DNA of 32,000 nucleotides from an uncultured archaeon (lineage in GTDB: Archaea; Asgardarchaeota; Lokiarchaeia; Sigyniarchaeales; Promethearchaeaceae), in NCBI GenBank assembly GCA_964426185.1, contig CAYRPF010000005.1, forward strand, positions 38,997 through 70,996. Direction: 5' to 3'. The notes beneath the pieces were generated by a model. That model was given only the letters and a program-made list of their open reading frames with translations, did not search any database and was not told where the DNA came from. The translations under genes were made by a program, and so were the position numbers. Positions 8,800 through 17,300 of the stretch are shown in pieces; positions within the stretch are counted from its first letter, which is position 1, and each line of letters begins with the position of its first letter.

Positions 8800-9477
8800 A
8801 TGGTATTTACTCGTCAATTAACCAAGGAAGAATCACAAATTTTGCTGAAATTGCAAAAATTTGTTCGATCTGCTCATGCGGAATCTAATTCTCACGATTA
8901 TGCTCATGTATTAAGTGTATGTAAATATGCTATTCAAATTGGAAAGGCAATTCCCGACCCAGTAGACCCGTTTATTTTGAGTGCTGGCGCACTTCTTCAT
9001 GATATTGGTAAAACTAACAGCGTATTTTCACATATTCATGGGCTTTTCGGTGGTTCTTTAGCTGAAGAGTTTTTAGATGGAATGAAAATTGATCCTGAGA
9101 TACGTGATGCTATCTGCAGAGTAGTGATCCGTCATACTCCTACCTCTATGATACCTCCCGAAACTCCAGAAGAAATGGCGGTGTATGATGCTGATACTTT
9201 AGATAGATTAGGATTAATGGGTTTACTTAGAGGATTCATAGGAAAAAATGGCGCGATGGACGAAATCATATCCACTTATATGGAAAAGCGCAAACAAGAT
9301 TTTAAGAAGCTCCATTTTCAAGTAAGCAGAGATATTGGTCTCGAAAGTGAACAAATGATGCTGGCGTTTATTGAGATAATAGAGGATCGTTTGAAAACAA
9401 GGATGGAGTCTATTCACGATATTTTCAGAAAGGAAGGTTTGTTAAACTCACATTTTCAGGATGGCTCGAATCGGTGA
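8800..9477 (+). CDS. HD-domain metal-dependent phosphohydrolase
   Basis: HDYAHVLSV, LLHDIGK, H..G, RH, VYDADTLDRLG. Confidence 0.9.
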   Translation: MVFTRQLTKEESQILLKLQKFVRSAHAESNSHDYAHVLSVCKYAIQIGKAIPDPVDPFILSAGALLHDIGKTNSVFSHIHGLFGGSLAEEFLDGMKIDPEIRDAICRVVIRHTPTSMIPPETPEEMAVYDADTLDRLGLMGLLRGFIGKNGAMDEIISTYMEKRKQDFKKLHFQVSRDIGLESEQMMLAFIEIIEDRLKTRMESIHDIFRKEGLLNSHFQDGSNR

Positions 9478-10191
9478 AACTGTTTTTGGATTGTCGAAAA
9501 GCAAACCATCAATATGATGAAATACTAATTCACTCATACGTTCCACTGGATCTTCATAATCCATAAAATGCCAGCTTAATGCAAGAATCTTGAGTTCATG
9601 ACACTTTTCAATAAATTGTGTTATATTCGGATGGGTCGATTTCAAGGAGATCATACTGAATGGTAGAGGCAAATCCTTTTTTGATGAAGCTTGTAGAAAT
9701 TTTTCCAGCGGGTATTGGGTACATTTAGTAATATTTAAGCACAAAGTGGAGTTGGGGCAAATTTCATGGGCATCAGCAATTTCAATGATATTTCTACCAC
9801 TGAAAACCACTTGATCACCTAATTTATTTTTGAGAATTGTTTCCGCTGCCGGGATTCCCGTACCTTTTCCTTTTAGTTCTACCATAAATTTTGGGGTAGG
9901 TGAAGTCCATCTAACTCGCTGTTCGATTAATTCATTAAAGCTTGGAATTTTCCAAAGACCATCTTTGCTTCTAACTTCATCCAATTCACGGCTTGTATAC
10001 TCCGATATTTTCCCGATTGCATTCATGGTTCTGTCAAGAGTGGAGTCATGCAGTATGTAAAGCATATTGTCACTAGAAAGTTGAAGATCGAATTCAATAT
10101 AATCCATATTTAAGGTTGCTGATTTGTTAAACGCTTGAAAAGTGTTTTCTACCACTCCTACGCGGAATCCTCGATGAGCTATAAAAATCAT
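9448..10191 (-). CDS. Glycerophosphodiester phosphodiesterase (GDPD/UgpQ family)
   Basis: IAHRG, ENT, IEFDLQ, LHDSTLDRT, VELK, IDGLLFDNP; start at MIFIAHRG (10191) with a TTTTATA box ~25-30 nt upstream; 30-nt convergent overlap with the HD gene. Confidence 0.9.
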   Translation of the reverse strand: MIFIAHRGFRVGVVENTFQAFNKSATLNMDYIEFDLQLSSDNMLYILHDSTLDRTMNAIGKISEYTSRELDEVRSKDGLWKIPSFNELIEQRVRWTSPTPKFMVELKGKGTGIPAAETILKNKLGDQVVFSGRNIIEIADAHEICPNSTLCLNITKCTQYPLEKFLQASSKKDLPLPFSMISLKSTHPNITQFIEKCHELKILALSWHFMDYEDPVERMSELVFHHIDGLLFDNPKTVSPIRAILKM

Positions 10192-10289
10192 TGTTGAAAT
10201 ATGAAAGGATAAGCTATAAAAATCTTCGGATTCAAGAAGAAGATTGCCAATTAGATTAATAATCAGAATAGCGATTAAATAACAGTTAA

Positions 10290-10332
10290 ATGAAAATAAA
10301 ATGGAACAGAAAATGAATGAAATTTGTTCCAT
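10290..10332 (-). terminator. Hairpin plus T-rich tract downstream of the histone gene
   Basis: ATGGAACAAA-N12-TCTGTTCCAT (9/10 paired) followed by TTTATTTTCATTT on the minus strand; further T-tracts between it and the stop codon. Confidence 0.45.
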
Positions 10333-10377
10333 AGGAGAAAAAAATAGTAAAACACAGGCAGAAGTAGAAAAACGGTT

Positions 10378-10650
10378 TCATTCTGCTGCTAGAATATCTG
10401 CTGCTGTTATACGCTTTCGTTTTTCTGCTTTTACTATTTTCAAAGCATCTTTTGTAACCTTTGTTCCCAATTTTTCTAGTTGCTCAATTAACATGCTCAC
10501 AGCATCTTCGGCAACTAATTTCGCTCCTTCGGCCTTCATTAGACGTCGCATGGGGGCTTTGGCAATATGTCCTCCGCTTTTTACTGCGGGTTTTTTCTTT
10601 GCAGCCGCTTTCTTTTTCGGCTTAACTTTTGTTGCTCTTTTTTTAGCCAT
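10378..10650 (-). CDS. Archaeal histone-fold protein (HMf-like) with Lys-rich N-terminal tail, 90 aa
   Basis: AKAPMRRLMKAEGAKLVAEDA...KRKRITAADI aligns by eye to HMfB (PIAPIGRIIKDAGAERVSDDA...GRKTIKAEDI); ATG 10650 with AAGTGAT SD-like motif; TTTATA box at 10701-10710. Confidence 0.9.
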   Translation of the reverse strand: MAKKRATKVKPKKKAAAKKKPAVKSGGHIAKAPMRRLMKAEGAKLVAEDAVSMLIEQLEKLGTKVTKDALKIVKAEKRKRITAADILAAE

Positions 10651-10691
10651 AATAATCACTTTTATTTGAGTAAAAAAGGTAGATCTCCGCG

Positions 10692-10722
10692 AATAAGGAG
10701 TAATATAAATATTCCCCTTATT
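10692..10722 (-). promoter_or_regulatory. Histone promoter TATA box embedded in an imperfect palindrome
   Basis: AATAAGGAGTAATAT-AA-ATATTCCCCTTATT; minus strand reads ATTTATATTA at the centre. Confidence 0.45.
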
Positions 10723-10905
10723 TTGATTAACTAACTTTGCCCTTTTAAATGTTGTCGCCGAAGAGTGAAATTTCTTACGCAATAACTCTGATCATCCGAA
10801 TTAATTCCGACATATTACGACTTTGCACGCAATATTTGAAATTTTTTTTATTCGATGAATGGAATCTGAATTCATAAAAGGGGTGTCGAAGATATCATAA
10901 TATAT

Positions 10906-11907
10906 ATGAAGGATTATGCAGTAATCTATAACCCAATTTCAGCGGCCGGAAAAACGAAAAAACAATTTGAATTAGTCAAGAAAACCTTAGAAAATTTAAA
11001 TATATCATTCGATCTTTTTCAAACGGAGTATTTTACTCATGCAATTACCCTCGCTAACGATTTAGCAAATGATGGATATCGAATTATTGCCGCAGGCGGA
11101 GATGGAACTTGTAATGAAGTGTTAAACGGAGTAATCAACTCGAATACCCATGAATTGTTAGGCTTCATTCCAATGGGAACTGGTAATGACATTCCAGGTG
11201 CTGTTGGATATGCACCTAAAGATGTAAAGCGCGCTTGTGAAATAATTGCATCTGGTAATACTGGTCCTGTTGATGTTGGGGTATCCATTAATTCGTCTGG
11301 GGAAAAACGGTACTTTTTAGGCATAGGGAGCCAAGGTTTTGATGCAGAGGTAACCCAACGAACGAACGAAGGTTCAAAATTGTTACCTGGAACTTGGAAT
11401 TATATTGCATCCGTGATTAGATCGGTATTCGGTTTTAAAAAACGGCACATTAAACTGACCACGGATTCAGAAACTTTCGAAGGTCTATGTAATTTAGTGG
11501 CTGTGGGCAACGGACCGACTTATGGTGGATTTATGTATATGTGTCCTCGCGCTAAAGTGAATGATGGATTATTTCATATTTCAATGGTGAATATGGGCAG
11601 GTTTGAGTTACTCTACAAATTTAACACTATGTACTCCCGCACTCTTCATCCCGATCCGCATATTAGAGAATTTATTGGTCGAAAGGTTAAAATTGAGATG
11701 GTAAATGATAATGATAATCCGTATATTGCTCAAGTTGATGGAGAAATTATTGGAAAACTTCCCGTGGAATACGAATGCATTAGAGATGGCTATATTTTCA
11801 TCAAACCAAAAGAAAATGAAGCAGAAAAATGGTTCATGAAGCGGTATGGCAAGAAATTTTCCAAGCATTTGGAAGAATTACAAAACAAAGGGATTGAATA
11901 TTATTAA
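10906..11907 (+). CDS. Diacylglycerol/lipid kinase family protein (YegS/BmrU/DAGK)
   Basis: IYNPIS, AAGGDGT, IPMGTGND, GFDAEV, VGNGPTYGG, QVDGE. Confidence 0.92.
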   Translation: MKDYAVIYNPISAAGKTKKQFELVKKTLENLNISFDLFQTEYFTHAITLANDLANDGYRIIAAGGDGTCNEVLNGVINSNTHELLGFIPMGTGNDIPGAVGYAPKDVKRACEIIASGNTGPVDVGVSINSSGEKRYFLGIGSQGFDAEVTQRTNEGSKLLPGTWNYIASVIRSVFGFKKRHIKLTTDSETFEGLCNLVAVGNGPTYGGFMYMCPRAKVNDGLFHISMVNMGRFELLYKFNTMYSRTLHPDPHIREFIGRKVKIEMVNDNDNPYIAQVDGEIIGKLPVEYECIRDGYIFIKPKENEAEKWFMKRYGKKFSKHLEELQNKGIEYY

Positions 11908-11986
11908 TATTAGTAATATCCTTTAAAAAAAAGGTCGGTATCATATTTTTTTAATTTCATAATGCTTTTCCTTCATTTGATTAAAA

Positions 11987-12781
11987 ATGAATTTTTGGCA
12001 AGATATTATTTTGGCTTTCATCCAAGGTATCTTGGAATGGCTCCCAGTAAGTAGCGAAGGCTTTTTGGTTCTGTTCTCCGTGAACATTTTTCATGAACCT
12101 GAAGCAAGCGCATTTCAATTGGCATTATATTTTCACTTGGGAACTGCCTTGGCGGTATTGGTAAAATATTGGCGGGATTATTGGGATGCTTTTACAAAAA
12201 ACCGGGATGTGCTCCGTTTTCTCATTTTTGCTACACTTGCCACTGGAATTTTTGGGATTCCTTTATATTTATTATTAAAAAATTTCTTGAATAGCAGTGC
12301 AGTTACTGGGTTGATTTTAACAGGATTAATTGGAATAACGCTGATGATAACAGGATTGCTACTGAAAGCGGGAAAAATGAAAACAACTAATCAAATTGCC
12401 TTCTCTGAGCGAAAAATTGGAGATGAAATCCTTTTAGGATTATGTCAAGGCATAGCAATAATTCCTGGTATAAGTCGTTCAGGGACCACGGTAACATATT
12501 TGCTATTACGTGGTTATAAAAAAGAAGATGCCTTTTACATGAGTTTTTTAATTAGTCTACCAGCCGTAATCGGGGCGGTGTTATTTGATCTCTTTGTTTC
12601 GCAAGATTTTACCTTTGTATTTAACTGGGAATTTTTGATATTAATTTTAATTACCGCTTTAGTGGGTTATTTTAGTATGGGTTTACTCTTAAGGATGGCT
12701 CGAAAACTTTCGTTTGATGTGATTTGTTTTATCTTGGGTGGGATAACTCTTGTGTTAGTTATCATTTTATATATTTTTTGA
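11987..12781 (+). CDS. uppP: Undecaprenyl/polyprenyl-diphosphate phosphatase (BacA/UppP)
   Basis: QGILEWLPVSS, HLGT, PGISRSGTT, SFLISLPA; multi-TM. Confidence 0.88.
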   Translation: MNFWQDIILAFIQGILEWLPVSSEGFLVLFSVNIFHEPEASAFQLALYFHLGTALAVLVKYWRDYWDAFTKNRDVLRFLIFATLATGIFGIPLYLLLKNFLNSSAVTGLILTGLIGITLMITGLLLKAGKMKTTNQIAFSERKIGDEILLGLCQGIAIIPGISRSGTTVTYLLLRGYKKEDAFYMSFLISLPAVIGAVLFDLFVSQDFTFVFNWEFLILILITALVGYFSMGLLLRMARKLSFDVICFILGGITLVLVIILYIF

Positions 12782-12852
12782 AGTTGACCCTTTTTTAACT
12801 GAATTTTTCCAAATAATTTTAAGTTCAGCCACCAAAATCTATTCAGATTGTA

Positions 12853-15800
12853 ATGTTCTTGAATGTATTCCAATTAACAGATTTTCTTCTCAATAATTTA
12901 AATTCCTTTCTTATCGGTTTAAATACTCTAATCGGTATCATTATTTTTATTCGGATGATGGCTCATTCAAGGCAAGAATTAAAAACAGCCCCTCGTTATA
13001 ACATTTTTCAGAAAGCCAGTAATTTTTTCGGAGCATTTTCTTACTCATTAATGGTTTCATTAACCGTGGTTTTTATCATTGCGTTGATATCTTCAATGAT
13101 TGCTGTCAATGCACTTTATTATATCAATAATTTCAGAAGGGAATTCGCCAACTATAATCAGCTAATTGCCACTTTTCAATATCCCGTATTTCTTCCTACT
13201 ATTCTTGTGTTAATGGCAGCATTTGCTGTATTTTATTCTCTTTTAGAATATCTTTTAATGGCCCAGCCCTCTCAGGATGCTCCAATGGAGATTCAACGAT
13301 GGATTGAAAAAACATTTATCGATCGATTTCGTCCTCCTTGGAGTTATCTTGTAGCCTTTATTATATTTGTGGTAATTGTTTTGCTTGCTCCATTTATTAC
13401 AGCTCGATTATCTCTTCAGCTTTGGACCAATTTTCCTCCTAATGCAAAAATATGGTTAATTATCTTGATTTTTATGAGTTGGATTATGTTGGGACCAATT
13501 TTTTATCTTTCTTACTATTCCCAAATTGGAATTGTTCAAGCATATTTCCGTGGGCGTAAAATCAACAAGAAGAAAGATAAAAAAGGTGCCTTTTTCTACT
13601 ACATTGCACTTTTAGGGATTTTCATGACAGTTTATTCTTTCATTAAAATCCTAATATTAATTTTTGATGCTCGACCTGACACTGCATTAAATCCATTAGA
13701 TGCACAAGGTGATTTTTGGCCCATTATTTTTAAATTTATTAAGGAAAGAAGTGGATTGTTAACTCAAGAGCAAATACAAGCAATTCTTGCATTTTTTGCT
13801 ATTTTTCCGCTTGGTTTTTCCAGTTTCATCTTAACAACTATTATTTTTGGTTTGGTTGGATTTTACGCCAAGTTTCTCAGTAAAGAACCGTTAAATACCC
13901 CAAAAATGATACTTTTCGCCGCTTACATCATTACGGGTATTGCATTTTCAATTTTCATTAATACAATTGTCAATTTTCCCTATACATTTCCTACACAGTT
14001 TCTAAATTCAATTGGATTTCCTCTAACTACCAGAAACATAAATGATCAAATATTGCTGTTAAGGATTTTTGCAATTCCCTTATTGATGGAAAAAACTATT
14101 AATCTAATATTTTTGATCAATTTCTTGTTTTTAAACAAATCTCTCAAACAACAGATGGAAAAACTTGTCTTAAATCAAGCTATAACTAACGAGGATTTTG
14201 AAATTTTTCAAAAATATCTTAATCATAGGGATCCTTCCATACGTTTGAAGTTATTCATTCATTTGGTTGATTACATTAATCTTGATCCCACAATGACCGA
14301 TCAAGCTAGAGATCAATTATCAAATATTTTTGAACGCTTTATTTTTGATGAAGATCCGAATATAAATCAGATGTTTATAGAGAATTCGGCAAAAATTACC
14401 GACCTTTTTACTTTATCAAGCCAGTTAAACTTGTGTTATCGGTTGATTGCTAAGGAATCTCCACAATCAATCAATATGGGCTTTAATTTACTAAAAATAG
14501 CATTACCATATTCACAAAATCTGTCAGACGATGAAAACACACAAATTTTCAAAGTTATGAAGAAAATTGTCTTAAAAAGTTACAACCCTCAAATAAACAA
14601 TTCATTTACTGAATTTTTGAGTAACTTTCGCCGTAGTTTTCCAATACTTACTCGGAAATTAATCATCTCATTTATTCAAGCAACTCCCCGCTTTGAAATA
14701 TTGCTTGGGTTAAATTTTATTTCACAATTTCCAAAATTTGTTCAATCAGACAAAGATATCATCATTTTATCCATTCAAAATCAATTAAAGAAAATGGATT
14801 TAGAAATTATTAAAAATGCTTTACATGCATATATTCGATTTGCGTTAGTTGAAACTTCTTTAATCCCTCAAATAATGACAGAATTTAATCAAATTACCTT
14901 AAATGAAGAGCCCATTATACAAGAAAAAATAGGTGGTATTGTACAGTTTAATTTAATTCATCCAGAATGGTTTGAGCAGTTTTTTGAGTATCTTCGTATT
15001 TACCTTGAAGATTCAAATATTTCAATCAAATCTGATGCATTAATCGCTTGTGGAACTTTAGCTTCACCAGTAAATGAGTTTCAATTCTTTAATTCTATCT
15101 ATCCTTATTTTCTTCAAAATATTCAATCAGAAACAATAGAAATTCGAAAAGCCGTGATATCTTCACTTATTGTCATTGCTCAAACTCGTCCTGATATATA
15201 CAATGACCCAAGGTTTCACAAATTGTTCACTTTTCTCATCGTTGATCCTCGTTCAGAAATTCGACATCAAGTATATCGATTTTTCATCGATGGAGATCCA
15301 GAATATATTGTTCGTGATATAGCAAATTTGTTAGAAACTCCCATAAGTATAGGTGTGCGTGTTGATCTCCTTAATATTTTATCTCAAATTGTACCATCTG
15401 TTATACCTTATGTAGATGATATCGATCTTTACCGTATATTGATGGAACAGCCTTTCTCAAATCAAGAAAATGAAGTAAATATGTCTGTAATTCAAGAATT
15501 GCAGGAAGATAAAACATCTTTGTTTGGATTTCGGAATTTTCAATCTTCGTTTAATCTCTATGACTCAATTGTTGCGTTAATGTATGATTTAACATACTAC
15601 ATTCCAGAAAAATATCATATCCTCGTTGATTTTTATCAAAAACATCAAAAATTGGAAAATGATTTCAGTCTTGCCAAGAAAATAGAATTTTACTCTAAGA
15701 TTATATATGAAGAATTAAGCCTAACCAGAACGGTAGGAATTACTTTTACTTTGGTAAATTTAATTGAGCTTATCCATCAATCTTTCTCGAAAATCCAATA

Positions 15801-17286
15801 TCATTCTACACATATTATTATTCAATATATCTCAAAACTTCTTAAAGTTGCCCCAGGTTTTCATAAAGAATTGTTTGATATTGGTTATAACTTAATTTCG
15901 TTCAAATCTTACATGTCTGATTCGGACAAAGGGACCTTACTCGTCTTTTTTACGGAAATTATTACTCATTCAAGGGGAAATTATATTCAGCCAATTACCA
16001 TTCCAATTTTCTTAAAATCCAAACAAATAACATTAAATCCGTTCGAAAAGGTTCTAAAACCCTTTCTACTCTTCTGCATGAAAAATTCTCACAAACAGAT
16101 GGAAAATTTCATTATGGAATCATTACAGAAAATGATGACTGATTTTTCTGATATATCAAAAATTCAAGATTTTCTGGTTCATATCATTCACCATTCTCAT
16201 GATTCCGAAGTAAAAATATCCGCAATGAAATTTTTCACTTCACTCCCAATTGAAATTAAAAATAGGAAAAATATTTTATTAATTTTGAACCAATTACGTT
16301 CTAAAGATGACAATGTAAAAGCCCAAGCTATAGAATCCATAGGAATCATTCTGCGCGCCTTTCCGACTGTAAACCCTGATGAAAAAGGGCCATATAGTTC
16401 ATATGCTAAAGTTATTCGAGATCTTTTATATAATGCTTTTTATAGTTCTTACAGTATAACTGCTCCGATTCAAATTCGCGCAACAATTATAGCCCATTTA
16501 AAAACCATATTATTGATCCAACCTCATTTTCCAGTTTCTTTGAAAATTCTCGATCAACTCTCTCAAGAACCAGATGAGGTGCTGGCTATTCAAGCAGTTT
16601 CACTACTATTTGATTTTGTTGATTTCCATAAGGAAAAACTTAGTGAAGAATTGGTAATTCTGCATCATTATTCTAATTCCCCATTTGCTTCAGTGCAAAA
16701 GATCATGAGTGAACGTATCGCAGGATTATTTAATGAGAAAGTACATTTGAATGTATTATTTCCCATTATTTTCAATTTAACTACAAGCGATTTCCCTGAA
16801 ATTCGTCAAATGGTATTTAACACCATATTTTTACTGTTTAATCAAGAACCTACTTTACTACCGCAATTTTTCTATAACCTACAAAAATTAACGAAACAAG
16901 TTAACTATGAAATTCGATATGATTCTTTTGAGCTATTGACTAAAATTGTTAATATACTTTCTTTATCAGAAGATTTGATTGGAAAATTTAATGAAACACT
17001 TCTTAGATTATCCATGGATCCCGAAATGGGAATAAAGATCTTCATTTCTCAGAATTTAGTTCATTTAATTCATCGATATCCTCAACATAGTTCCGAGTAT
17101 TTACATATTATTTCGGATTTTATCAGGTTAAATAATTCGGAGATTGTAAAAAATATTATACCCGCTTGTAAAGCGGTTATTCAAGTAAACCAAGAATTCA
17201 AGCCTATATTAGAAAAACGGATTAAAAAGGTGTTTAAGAAAACCCAAAATCCGTTTATCGATACGTTGCTAAAGGAAATTTCTTAG
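12853..17286 (+). CDS. Large membrane-anchored HEAT/ARM-repeat protein (~10 N-terminal TM helices plus ~1000-aa alpha-solenoid)
   Basis: Hydrophobic segments to ~aa 430, then recurring HEAT-like units (NHRDPSIRL, EDSNISIKSDAL, SETIEIRKAVI, DPRSEIRHQV, SKDDNVKAQAI, SDFPEIRQMV, DPEMGIKIFI). Confidence 0.75.
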   Translation: MFLNVFQLTDFLLNNLNSFLIGLNTLIGIIIFIRMMAHSRQELKTAPRYNIFQKASNFFGAFSYSLMVSLTVVFIIALISSMIAVNALYYINNFRREFANYNQLIATFQYPVFLPTILVLMAAFAVFYSLLEYLLMAQPSQDAPMEIQRWIEKTFIDRFRPPWSYLVAFIIFVVIVLLAPFITARLSLQLWTNFPPNAKIWLIILIFMSWIMLGPIFYLSYYSQIGIVQAYFRGRKINKKKDKKGAFFYYIALLGIFMTVYSFIKILILIFDARPDTALNPLDAQGDFWPIIFKFIKERSGLLTQEQIQAILAFFAIFPLGFSSFILTTIIFGLVGFYAKFLSKEPLNTPKMILFAAYIITGIAFSIFINTIVNFPYTFPTQFLNSIGFPLTTRNINDQILLLRIFAIPLLMEKTINLIFLINFLFLNKSLKQQMEKLVLNQAITNEDFEIFQKYLNHRDPSIRLKLFIHLVDYINLDPTMTDQARDQLSNIFERFIFDEDPNINQMFIENSAKITDLFTLSSQLNLCYRLIAKESPQSINMGFNLLKIALPYSQNLSDDENTQIFKVMKKIVLKSYNPQINNSFTEFLSNFRRSFPILTRKLIISFIQATPRFEILLGLNFISQFPKFVQSDKDIIILSIQNQLKKMDLEIIKNALHAYIRFALVETSLIPQIMTEFNQITLNEEPIIQEKIGGIVQFNLIHPEWFEQFFEYLRIYLEDSNISIKSDALIACGTLASPVNEFQFFNSIYPYFLQNIQSETIEIRKAVISSLIVIAQTRPDIYNDPRFHKLFTFLIVDPRSEIRHQVYRFFIDGDPEYIVRDIANLLETPISIGVRVDLLNILSQIVPSVIPYVDDIDLYRILMEQPFSNQENEVNMSVIQELQEDKTSLFGFRNFQSSFNLYDSIVALMYDLTYYIPEKYHILVDFYQKHQKLENDFSLAKKIEFYSKIIYEELSLTRTVGITFTLVNLIELIHQSFSKIQYHSTHIIIQYISKLLKVAPGFHKELFDIGYNLISFKSYMSDSDKGTLLVFFTEIITHSRGNYIQPITIPIFLKSKQITLNPFEKVLKPFLLFCMKNSHKQMENFIMESLQKMMTDFSDISKIQDFLVHIIHHSHDSEVKISAMKFFTSLPIEIKNRKNILLILNQLRSKDDNVKAQAIESIGIILRAFPTVNPDEKGPYSSYAKVIRDLLYNAFYSSYSITAPIQIRATIIAHLKTILLIQPHFPVSLKILDQLSQEPDEVLAIQAVSLLFDFVDFHKEKLSEELVILHHYSNSPFASVQKIMSERIAGLFNEKVHLNVLFPIIFNLTTSDFPEIRQMVFNTIFLLFNQEPTLLPQFFYNLQKLTKQVNYEIRYDSFELLTKIVNILSLSEDLIGKFNETLLRLSMDPEMGIKIFISQNLVHLIHRYPQHSSEYLHIISDFIRLNNSEIVKNIIPACKAVIQVNQEFKPILEKRIKKVFKKTQNPFIDTLLKEIS

Positions 17287-17300
17287 AAATTACATAATAC

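Noticed and set aside
10192-10332. Hydrophobic N-terminal extension (apparent TM anchor) of GDPD
   Set aside because: Overlaps the histone terminator region and the TATA box; the family begins at MIFIAHRG, and T-rich DNA mimics hydrophobic codons
10301-10332. Hairpin after the histone gene as a homologue of the metazoan histone 3' stem-loop
   Set aside because: Stem length, 12-nt loop and sequence do not match the 6-bp/4-nt SLBP consensus; treated as terminator-like
10301-10669. 122-aa + strand ORF
   Set aside because: Antisense shadow of the histone gene (F/A/S-rich mirror of K/A/E codons)
10651-10782. 44-aa N-terminal extension of the histone ORF in the track (TTG 10782)
   Set aside because: Runs through the TATA/palindrome region; ATG 10650 has an SD-like motif and gives a coherent protein
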